A program made the position numbers and the translations under genes. This document shows, piece after piece, positions 36,799-46,290 of a DNA stretch of 46,290 nucleotides; the stretch's first letter is position 1; the number at the start of each line of letters is the position of its first letter. Under the pieces are notes generated by a model, which made no database searches, was not told the origin of the DNA, and worked only from the letters and a program-made list of their open reading frames with translations. The DNA lies in contig NC_057757.1 in the NCBI RefSeq assembly GCF_004010195.1, positions 3,181,350 to 3,227,639 on the forward strand. The letters run 5' to 3'. The DNA is from Chiloscyllium plagiosum. Taxonomy: Eukaryota.

Positions 36799-37918
36799 TA
36801 GAACATAGAACATAGAACAATACAGCACAGAACAGGCCCTTCGGCCCACGATGTTGTGCCGAACTTCTAACCTAGATTAAGTACCCATCCATGTACCTAT
36901 CCAAATGCCGCTTAAAGGTCGCCAATGATTCCGACTCCACCACTCCCACGGGCAGCGCATTCCATGCCCCCACCACTCTCTGGGTAAAGAACCCACCCCT
37001 GACATCTCCCCTATACCTTCCACCCTTCACCTTAAATTTATGTCCCCTTGTAACACTCTGTTGTACCTGGGGAAAAAGTTTCTGACTGTCTACTCTATCT
37101 ATTCCTCTGATCATCTTATAAACCCCTATCAAGTCACCCCTCATCCTTCGCCGTTCCAACGAGAAAAGGCCGAGAACTCTCAACCTATCCTCGTACGACT
37201 TCCTCTCCATTCCAGGCAACATCCTGGTAAATCTTCTCTGCACCCTCTCCAAAGCTTCCACATCTTTCCTAAAGTGAGGCGACCAGAACTCCACACAGTA
37301 CTCCAAATGTGGCCTAAACAAAGTCCTGTACAGTTGCAACATCAATTCACGACTCTTGAATTCAATCCCTCTGCTAATGAACGATAATACTCCATAGGCC
37401 TTCTTACAAACTCTATCCACCTGAGTGGCAACCTTCAAAGATCTATGTACATAGACCCCAAGATCCCTCTGTTCCTCCACCTGACTAAGAACCCTACCAT
37501 TAACCCTGAATTCCGCATTCTTATTTGTTCTTCCAAAATGGACAACCTCACACATGGCAGGGTTGAACTCCATCTGCCACTCCTCAGCCCAGCTCTGCAT
37601 CATATCTAAGTCCCTCTGCAGCCGACAACAGCCCTCCTCACTGTCCACAACTCCACCTATCTTCGTATCATCTGCAAATTTACTGACCCACCCTTCGACT
37701 CCCTCATCTAAGTCATTAATAAAAATTACAAACAGCAGAGGACCCAAAACTGATCCCTGCGGAACTCCACTTGTAACTGGGCTCCAGGCTGAATATTTAC
37801 CATCTACCACCACTCTCTGACTTCGACCGGTTAGCCAGTTTTCGATCCAATTGGCCAAATTTCCCTCTATCCCATGCCTCCTGACTTTCCGCATAAGATC
37901 CTGACTTTCCGCATAAGA
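36799..37918 (-). mobile_element. Young 5'-truncated CR1-type LINE with uninterrupted reverse-transcriptase C-terminal frame
   Basis: GVPQGSVLGPLLF, FADD motif, RPHLEYCVEFWSP; (TAGAACA)3 tail at 36799-36820; 20-bp tandem duplication at the truncation point. Confidence 0.97.
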
Positions 37919-38049
37919 AAGCATTCCCTCACACAGTGAGGGAATGCTGTCGTTTTTTGTGCACAGCACGTTCCCACATGGGGAGGGAATGCTGTAGTAG
38001 TTTGTGCACAGCATGATCCCACAGTGAGGGAATGGTGTAGTAGCTTGTA

Positions 38050-38345
38050 GAAAGGAGCAGATATGTTGGCAAATCACAGAGAGGTGTGAGAGGAATAGGG
38101 TTATATTATTGGGGAATTTCAACTTCTCTAGCATGAACTGGGATTGCCTTTGTGTGAATGGTAGAAATTTTAAAGTCCATCCAGGAGAGCTTTTGGTGCC
38201 AGTACATAGGTAGTCCCCCTAAACGTGGGCAGTGCTGGACTCAATCCTTAGTAATGAAGCCGGTCAAATGGTTGAAGAGTCAGTGGGTGAGCATTTTGGA
38301 GATAGTGAACATAACTCCGTAAGTTTCATTAATTATTATGGAAAA
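38050..38345 (+). mobile_element. Decayed LINE AP-endonuclease fragment
   Basis: VILLGNFNFSSMNW (GDFN-type motif) and downstream GDS(D)HN-like sequence. Confidence 0.7.
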
Positions 38346-38509
38346 GAGTAACGGTCATCCCCATCTCCATTATACTCACCACTTGACAAATCCGTACATG
38401 GCACGATGGCTCCTCAAAAACTGGGAGAGGAACCAAGGACCAAGGACGCTGGTTCTGTGCTGAGGCTCACCCACAACTTGAAAAGCAGGACAAGCTCTAC
38501 AAAACTGCA

Positions 38510-38960
38510 TCACATCCCTATCCAATCATTCAATGTTTTGGTCTCAATCACTTTGTGTGGCAGAGAATTCCACAGGCTCCCCACTCTCTGGGTGAAGACA
38601 TTCCTCCTCATCTCAGTCCTACCCGGTCTCCTTTCGACTGTGACTCCCTGGTTCTGGACTCTCTGGTCATCGGGAACATCCTTCATCCGTTTACCCCTGT
38701 CTCCTCCTGTTAGAATATTATGGGTTTCTATGAGATTCCCTCTTCATTCTTCGAAACTCCAGCAAATATAATCCTAACCGATCTCAATCTCTCTCTTCAT
38801 TCACCTGTCCTGCCATCCCAGGAATCATCTGGTATACCTTTCATTTCACTCTCTCTATAGACAGAGATATCTTCCTCAGATAAAGAGGCCACAACTACAC
38901 ACAGTATTCCAGGTGAGGTCTCACCAAAGCCCTGTACAATTCCAACAATATATGCCTGTT
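38510..38960 (-). mobile_element. Decayed CR1-type LINE fragment
   Basis: Similarity to 10750-11180. Confidence 0.75.
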
Positions 38961-39564
38961 ACTGTATCGATAATATAATGATAGCCCCTTCAGAAACTGC
39001 TTTGCTGACACCAAAGCATTTGGGGATGTCCTGAAGTCATAACAGGTGTTGAAAGGAACATGACATTTAAACATTAATCTTCTCCTTTCAGTCCTCTGCT
39101 AAGGAACAGGAGCCAAAGTTTTATCCAGTGAGTGTTACCAGTGGCCTAATTGCTAAAAGGTATCCCTGTGGTCCCTTAGCCTTGGCCAGGTCAACAGTCT
39201 TTCTTCAGCTTGTCATTAAAGATCCTCTGGGATCTCAAGAGGAGCTTATTAATTAGAGTTTGGGAATGCCAGGATATCAATAACTCACTTTAACTTCTCA
39301 TTAGAGGTTTGAGCAAACGTTACCAAGTAACAAAGGCCTGTCAATTAATTACCGCTCATATTAATGAGAAAATCAAATGCGGATTGCCTCTGGAAATAGT
39401 GACCCACTGGCGATTGCACAACCCATACACACAACTAATCCGGTGCTGATACACAATAAAATGTGTTCGGGTTGAGTAATGGCATTTACACAGATGAAAA
39501 CCTCATCCCTTTTTAAAAAAAAATGATGTTGGGGGGTGGGTGTTTCCCATGAGCCTCTCAGATC

Positions 39565-41350
39565 ATGCAGACCAGATATCCTTTATAGATCTCGTCCCAT
39601 TTGCCAGGATTTGGCCCACATCCATCTAAAACCCTTTGTATACATATATCCATCTGAATGCCTTTAAAATGTTGTATTCATACCAGCTTCTACCACTTCC
39701 TCTGGCAGCTTACTCCATGCATGCGCCACCCTCGGCGTGAAAAAGGTGCCCCTTAGATCCCTTTTAAAGTGCTCCCCTCTCACTTTCAACCTATACCATC
39801 TAGGTTTGCACTTCCCTTTCGCCAGGGAAGACACCTTGTCTATTTATCTAACCATGCCCCTCATGATTTTATAAACCTTATAAGGTCACCCCTCAGTCTC
39901 CTACACTTCCGGGAAAACAGCCCTGGTCTATTCAGCCCCTCCCTATAGCTCAAAACCTCCAACTCTGGCTATTTCCTTGTAAATCTTTTCTGTACCTTTC
40001 CAAGTTTCACAGCATCCTTCCTGCAGCAGGAGGATCAGAATAGCCCATATTATTACAAAAGTAGCCAAACCACTATCCTCTACAACCACAACATGACCAC
40101 CCAACTCTTATACTCAATGTACTGACCAATTAAGGCCAGCATACTAAATGCCTTCTTCATTATCCAGCCTACCTGAGGCTCCACATTCGAGGAATTATGA
40201 ACCTGCACTCCAAGGTCTCTTTGCTCAGCAACACTCCCCGGGACCTTAACGTTAAGTGTAAGTCCTGCTCTGAAACTCCATCTGCCACTTCTCAGCCCAT
40301 TAGCCTATCTGATCGAAAACCCACAGTTGTCGAAGGTAACCTTCTTCGCTGTCCACTACACCACGGATTTTGGTGTCATCTGCAAACTTAATAACCATAC
40401 TTCCTATGTTCACATGCAAATCATTTATATAAATGATGAAACACAGTGGACTCAGCACTGATCCTTGAGGCACACTGGTCAGTCCTCCATTCTGAAAAGC
40501 AATCCTCCGTCACCACATACTGTGTTCTACCTTTGGACCAGCTTTTTATCCTAATGGCTTGTTCTCCCTGTATTACATGTGATTCAACATTGTTAACCAG
40601 TCGACCATGAGTAATCTTGTCAAAAGCGTTATTTTGTCCACACAGATCACATCCACTGCTCTGCCCTCATCAATCCTCTTCATTAGTTCTTCAGAAAACT
40701 CAATCAAGTTAGTGAGACAATTTCCCAGACACAGTCATGTTGACTTTCCCCAATCAGGCCTTGCCTTTCTAAGTACATGTAAATCCTTTCCCTCAGGATT
40801 CCCTCTAACAGCTTGCCCACCACCGATGTCAGGCTCACCCGGTCTATAGTTCCCTGGCTTTTAGAGGTTTATAAAATTATAAAGGGCATGGATAGAGTGC
40901 ATAGCAAAGTCTTTTTCCCAGGGTTGGGGAGGTCAAATCTACAGGGCAGAGGTTTGAGGTGAGAGGGGAAAGATTTAAAATGGATCTGCATTTCTCATGC
41001 AGAGGGTGGTGCGTGGATGGAATGAGCTGCGAAACAAAGTGGTGGAGGCTGGTACAATTACAACATTTGAGGCATCTGGATGGGTACATGAATAGGAAGG
41101 ATTTGGAGGGGTAAGGGCCAAATGCTGGCAAACTGGACTAGATCAATGTCTGGTCAGCATGGATAAGTTGGACCGAAGGGTCTGTTTTTCTGCTGTACAT
41201 CTCTGACTCATGACATTTCGATGGTACATGAATAGAAAATGCTTAGAGGGATATGGGCCAAAATCAGACAAACATGACTAGTTTAGTTTGGCACTATTGT
41301 CAGCAGGGACTGGATAGACCAAAGGGTCTGTTTCCATACTGCGGGACTCT
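39565..41350. mobile_element. Head-to-head CR1 pair: - copy (~39565-40860) and + copy (~40861-41350, duplicated tail)
   Basis: RT remnants and 3'UTRs pointing outward. Confidence 0.85.
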
Positions 41351-41519
41351 AAGAATGGTTGGACAGACAAAGGACTGGCTAAAAAGGTGATTAGCTATTA
41401 ATGGCGACTGTGGCTAAAAATCAATTGCGTAGTAGCAAACTGTGTGAAAACAAGGCCTACTGTGTGGGGTTTGGGACGTGGGAGAGCTCAAGTCCTCAAC
41501 TTATTGAACTCTCAGAATA

Positions 41520-41617
41520 TAGACATAAACAGAAGTTGCTGGAAAAGCTCAGCAGGTCTGGCAGCATCTGGCAAGAGAAATCTGAGCTAACGTTTCGGGT
41601 CCTGTGACCCTTCCTCA
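41520..41617 (-). mobile_element. Penelope-like terminal repeat whose hammerhead core is cut by an adjacent CR1 tail
   Basis: Minus strand (A)UGAGGA-A-GGGUC(ACAG)GACCC-GAAA-CGUUA; the first core C is lost at the junction. Confidence 0.7.
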
Positions 41618-42000
41618 TAGAACAGTACAGCACAGGAACTGCTCTTTGACCCACTATGTTGTGCTGAACATGACGCCAAATTAAACTAATTTCTTCTGCC
41701 TGCCCTTGGTCCATATCCCCCCATTCCTTGCATGTTCATGTGCTGATCTAAAAGTTCCTTAAACACCCCGATCATGTCTGCCTCCATCACCACGCCTGGC
41801 TGCATGATCCAGACTCCTCCCACACTCTAGGAGAAAGTGAGGACTGCACCAACCAACCCAACCACCCCGTGGCTCAACACTTCAACTTCCCCTCCCACTC
41901 CAACAAGGACATGCAGGTCCTTGGACTCCTCCATCGCCAGACCATAGCAACACAACGGCTGGAGGAACAGCGCCTCATCTTCCGCCTAGGAACCCTCCAA

Positions 42001-42070
42001 NNNNNNNNNNNNNNNNNNNNNNNNNNNNNNNNNNNNNNNNNNNNNNNNNNNNNNNNNNNNNNNNNNNNNN
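42001..42070. other. Assembly gap (70 N)
   Basis: Run of N. Confidence 1.
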
Positions 42071-42085
42071 ACACTCTCCTCATTC

Positions 42086-42113
42086 CTGAAGAAGGGTGCT
42101 TGCCCGAAACGTC
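42086..42113 (+). ncRNA. Minimal type I hammerhead ribozyme motif, intact core
   Basis: CUGAAGA-A-GGGU(GCUU)GCCC-GAAA-CGUC, same strand as the GIY-YIG frame. Confidence 0.75.
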
Positions 42114-42434
42114 GATTCTCCTGCTCCTTGGATGCTGCCTGACCTGCTGCGCTTTTCCAGCAACACATTTTCAGCTCCTCCCACACTCTGCAAACCTGAC
42201 CCTCCTTTGGACATCTTAAATGCATGCCCCTCGTATTACACATTTCAGCTATCTGGACCATCAAACCAATCTCATAATTTTACAGACTTCTCCTCTCAGC
42301 CTCCGCCACACCAGAGTTTCTTTTGAGCTTCTCCTTAAAGTACACGCCCTGTCATCTATTTTTGAGTTAAGTTTTCAATTACATCACACTGTAAACTTTT
42401 GCTATAAATTCTGTGTCTTACAATCTTATTCTCC

Positions 42435-42613
42435 CAACACCAGGTTATAGTCCGACAGGTTTAAACTGGAAGCACACTAGCTTTTGGAGCGACGCTCCTT
42501 CATCAGGAGATTGTCGCTCCGAAAGCTAGTGTGCTTCCAATTAAACCTGTCGGACTATAACCTGGTGTTGTGTGATTTTTAACTTTGTCCAACACCGGCA
42601 TCTCCAAATCATG
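42435..42613. mobile_element. Second-family Penelope-like fold-back insert nested in an older copy of the same family (older copy to ~42730); 13-bp TSD
   Basis: Arms 42435-42493 and 42513-42570 are reverse complements; AATCTTATTCTCC at 42422-42434 and 42614-42626; hammerhead-type CTGATGAAGGAGCGTCGCTCC(G)AAAGCTA. Confidence 0.8.
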
Positions 42614-42849
42614 AATCTTATTCTCCACAGCTGCCTGAAGCAGCAGCAGCAGCACTCAGAAAGCTAGTCTTCCAGATAAACCTGTTGGACTATAACCTGG
42701 TGTTGGGTGATTTTTAACTTTGTACACCCTGTCATTTGTGCAGCCACCTGGTAAACCCCTTCAGCAGCCTCTGAAAAGCCTCCACATCCTTCCTGTAATG
42801 CAGCAACCTGAGCTGAACGCGATACTCTATTTTCCCTCCCACCCCCCAG

Positions 42850-43580
42850 TGTGGCCTAACCCAAGGCCGACGTCTGAACGGAAACCCTGTGCGCGCGCAA
42901 GTACCACTCAAGGGAGGCCAGGCCCAGTCTCACCGAGCGCCCGCGAAGGGGGCGAGGGCCAGGCGCCAGAGCTCTGCCGCGCGGGGTCACGTGCCGGAGA
43001 CGGGCCACGTGCCGCAGCGGGGGGCCGCACTGGAGCAGCTTCAGGCACGTGCTGAGGGAAAGGAGAAGGGTCACGTACCGAAGGGGGTGACGCACTGGAG
43101 AAGGTCACGTGATGGAGGTCTCGCGCTGGAGCAGAGCCACGTGCTGGGGAAAAGAGTCTCGCGCTGCAGCAGCGGTGGAGGAGGAGAGCCACGAGCCGGG
43201 CTGGTGCCGCGCCCAGGAGGCCGAATCCCCGCCCAGGAGGCCGATTCCCCGGATGTGATGGACATCTCGAGAGATGCCCGCAGCGGCCTCGGCCACCTGC
43301 CCGCCCGTTACCGCGCCTGGGTCAGGGGCCCCGGATCGAAGAGCCATCCCTGCGGAAAAAAAATGTGATGGACATCTCGAGAGATGCCCGCGGCGGCCTC
43401 GGCCACCTGCCCGCCCGTTACCGCGCCTGGGTCAGGGGCCCCCGCTCGAAGAGCCATCCCTGCGGAAAAAACAAAAGGGAAAGTAGTGAGTGTGACCTCT
43501 CCACCAGTTTCCAACCCCCGCCATGCCGAACTAATACCGCCGCCTCCCCCGCGGGCTCTTTCCGGCCTCGGGGGCTCATT
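42850..43580. promoter_or_regulatory. CpG island with clustered CACGTG E-boxes; promoter/enhancer or GC-rich exon of an unidentified gene
   Basis: Sharp rise in GC and CpG; CACGTG at 42988, 43006, 43046, 43106, 43138. Confidence 0.65.
43253..43471 (+). repeat. 110-bp tandem duplication (43253-43362, 43363-43471)
   Basis: Two near-identical copies; preceded by a 20-bp tandem pair at 43211-43250. Confidence 0.95.
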
Positions 43581-43684
43581 ATTTAATTTCTCAGGCACTA
43601 ATCTGGCCCCGACACTCACTCCTGACCCAAGTCTAACTCCTCTCCCTCACCCCCTTTCGAGTTGCCTTCCCACATAGCCTGCTT

Positions 43685-43895
43685 TGACGCTCCAACCTCC
43701 ACCCTCCAACCTCCACCCTCCACTCTCCATTAGCTCCAGCTCCAAACCCCACCTCCACCCTCCATTAGCTCCAGCTCCAAGCCCCACCTTTGTCCTCCAT
43801 TAGCTCCATCCAACCTCCAAACCCCATCTTTGCCCTCTATTAGCTCCTCCACTAACCTCCAAACCCAACCTTCATCCTCCATTGGCCCCTTCCCT
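43685..43895. repeat. C-rich degenerate tandem repeat (CTCCAACCTCCACC / CTCCATTAGCTCCAG)
   Basis: Direct periodicity. Confidence 0.8.
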
Positions 43896-44525
43896 AACCT
43901 TGAATTCACATTTTTCACCCTCAGTTAGCTGCTTCCCTAACCTCAACTTTCTCCTCCATTCACCCCACCCTGCTGGTCTCCATCCCCATCTCCTGTGTCT
44001 ATCCCGATCTTTAGTGTGGTCTACTTTGAGTCAAACCAGATGTTAAGGTGGCAATATCCTCCTGTCTGGCCTCCTCATGGTGTGCATGAGATCAAGGGTC
44101 TCTCTTTCGAAGGAGATGTCTCACTGCCTCAATGGTCCTCCACTCTGTACTGCTTTCCATGGCCCCACCCTTTCACTCAGTGAGTAGTATTGTGGTTTGA
44201 CTGGTAATTCAAGGTTCAGTTCCCAGGGGCATTGGTTCCCAATTGATGTTAATTCAATCCAGTTAATGATGATCGTTGGGAGAGCGTAGACATGGCAGTG
44301 GCTCTAGAAGGAGGCCATTCTGCCCAGTTTGATGATGGCCTGCATCTTCAGAGTGGCAAGATGGTCTTCTAATTAATTTCCTTTCACAAATTTTCTCTGC
44401 CATCTCGTCATGAGAGTTAATCTAACCTTTTTTTGACTCACTAATGGGATGTCTCCAGCGAGGCCTAGCATTTATTGTCCATCTCTAATTGCCCAGAGGG
44501 CAGTTAGGAATCAACCTCATTTTAG

Positions 44526-44810
44526 TGGCAGCATGGTGGCTCAGTGGTTAGCACTGCTGCCTCACAGTGCCAGGGACCCTGGTTCAATTCCATCCTCAGG
44601 CAACTGTCTGTGTGGAGTTTGCATATTCTCCCTGTGTCTGTGTGGGTTTGCTCTGGGTGCCCTGGTTTCCTCCCATAGTCTAAAGGCATGCAGGCTAAGT
44701 AGAATAGCCATGGTAAATGCAGGGTGATGGGGTGGATCTGGGTGGCTTGCTTTTCAGCTGGGTTTTTGGGGATTCGATGGGACAAATTGCCTGCGTCCAC
44801 ATTATAGGAA
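44526..44810 (+). mobile_element. tRNA-derived SINE (HE1/V-SINE-like)
   Basis: A box GGCTCAGTGGTTAG, B box GGTTCAATTCC, core. Confidence 0.88.
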
Positions 44811-44829
44811 TTCTTTATTTTTTTTAAAA

Positions 44830-45515
44830 TACATTCATGGCATGAGGGCATCACTGGCTGGGCCAGCATTTAATACCCATCCTTAATTGCTCAGAGAGCA
44901 GTTAAGAGTCAGCTACATTGCTGTGAGTCATATGTTAGCCAGACCAGGTAATGTCAGCAGATTTCCTTCCCTAAAGGACATCACTGAACCAGCTGGGGTT
45001 CCCGAGCAATCCAAAATGGATCCATGATCATTAGACTCTTAATTCCAGATTTTCATAAACTGAAATTCCAACATCTTGAATTCGAAGGGTCCTCTCTGCC
45101 TCTCGCCCTCTTCCTTTCAGCCGCTCCGTAAAATCTTTGACTGAAGTCTCGCACTGAATGCCCCCTCTCGCGGCCTGGGGTCGAACCTTCTGCTGGATTT
45201 GCCTCTCCTTCACGGGATGAAGGCATCACTGTCTTGGCCTAGCATTTATTGTCCATTCCTAATTGCCAAAGGGCAGTCAAGAGTCCAAACACATTTTGTG
45301 TGGAGTTACGTGTAGGCCAGACCAGGTAAGGATGGGAGTTTTCCTTCCCTAAAGAATATTAGTGAACCAGATGGGTTTTCCAACATTCAAACCATGTCCA
45401 TCATTGGAATCTTAATTCCAAACTTTTACCAATTTCAAACTATCATCTATCATTACATTGTCCCCAAGAACATTACCAGTATCTCTGGATTAGCAGACCT
45501 GCCAATAAGCCATCA
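44830..45515 (-). mobile_element. Two copies (~44830-45080, ~45213-45515) of a second SINE family
   Basis: Shared CATCACTG..CTGGCC.AGCATTTA...AGACCAGGTAA...TTCCTTCCCTAAAG..CAT..GTGAACCAG; related tails at 19305, 26990, 44440. Confidence 0.75.
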
Positions 45516-45598
45516 CCTACCCTTTACCTGAGTATCTTAGACAGGAGGGGCGATTTCCAGTTTACTGATGTTGGACGCCAAACAAATGCACATCATTG

Positions 45599-45900
45599 TG
45601 TTATGGACTAGGCGAGACCACTCAAAATATTCTTAAGCAGAAACCCCAGATCATAACTTTACAATTTGTTTCATAACTGTACAGTGAGAATTAGCTGGAG
45701 TAAGCTAGCTCGGTTGACTACTAGGTTTTAAAACAGACAGAAATTTATTCTCAAAATTACACAATGAAACACAGAGAACAGAATAAAGAACCCCTACAGA
45801 ACTCAATCTATCCAAACTTGACTTAATTATGCTGTTCTGAATATACACAACAGTCCCAATAAACAAACCCCCTTAAAACACAGTTTTAAAATGGAACAGA
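45599..45900 (-). mobile_element. Possible LTR fragment interrupted by CR1
   Basis: Begins TGTTATGG (…CATAACA terminus on - strand), AATAAA on - strand near 45745. Confidence 0.4.
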
Positions 45901-46290
45901 AGGAGCTTATTCAAGGAAAAGCTCCTGTGTGTCCTAGATAAGTATGTACCTGTCAGGCAGGGAGGAAGCTGTAGAGCGCAGGAGCCGTGGTTTACGAAGG
46001 AAGTGGAATCTCTGGTCAAGAGGAAGAAGAAGACTTATGTTAGGATGAGATGTCAAGGTTCAGTTAGGGCGCTTGAGGATTACAAGGTAGCCAGGAAAGA
46101 CCTAAAGAGAGAGCTCAGAAGAGCCAGGAGGAGACATGAGAAGTTGTTGGCGGATAGGATCAGGGTAAACCCTAAGGCTTTCTATAGGTATTTAAGGAAT
46201 AAAAGAATGACGAGAGTAAGATTAGGGCCAATCAAGGATAGTAGTGGGAAGTTGTGTGTGGAGTCAGAGGAGATAGGGGAAGCACTAAAT
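45901..46290 (+). mobile_element. Young CR1-type LINE ORF2 segment (between endonuclease and RT), open to the window end
   Basis: My translation: SLFKEKLLCVLDKYVP...EPWFTKEVESLVKRKKK...NPKAFYRYLRNKRMTRVRLGPIKD, no stops; not in the ORF track because it has no stop in the window. Confidence 0.9.

Larger units (their letters stand above)
41829..42174 (+). mobile_element. Penelope-like element 3' end: GIY-YIG endonuclease C-terminus, assembly gap, terminal repeat; 15-bp TSD
   Basis: HPVAQHFNFPSHSNKDMQVLGLLHRQTIATQRLEEQRLIFRLGTLQ; CTCCTCCCACACTCT at 41814-41828 and 42175-42189. Confidence 0.88.

Noticed and set aside
37919..38134. N-terminal 70 aa of the 420-aa ORF as a domesticated RT gene
   Set aside because: Fortuitous read-through from flanking repeat and an antisense endonuclease remnant into a 5'-truncated CR1

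Overview
Repeat-rich vertebrate genomic DNA, most likely a shark (inferred from HE1/V-SINE-like SINEs, very abundant CR1-type LINEs and Penelope-like elements). It holds one well-supported gene: LRRC55 (BK channel auxiliary gamma-3 subunit), + strand, two coding exons (6194-6797 and 24414-24649; 279 aa) split by a 17.6-kb GT-AG intron, with a probable 5'UTR intron. A 20/21-bp satellite fills 1-4300. The rest is CR1 fragments (one young copy with an open RT frame), tRNA-derived SINEs, minisatellites and Penelope-derived inserts. Notable structure: (1) about ten minimal hammerhead-ribozyme motifs of three families in Penelope-type inserts, several with target-site duplications, four with intact cores; (2) a recent two-segment inverted templated insertion at the centre of a 16-bp palindrome in the intron; (3) an older ~1-kb inverted duplication bracketing LRRC55 exon 2; (4) an E-box-dense CpG island at 42.85-43.6 kb that also looks like an AG...GT-bounded exon frameshifted by a 110-bp tandem duplication. 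Repeat boundaries are approximate, read by eye; no database searches were run.
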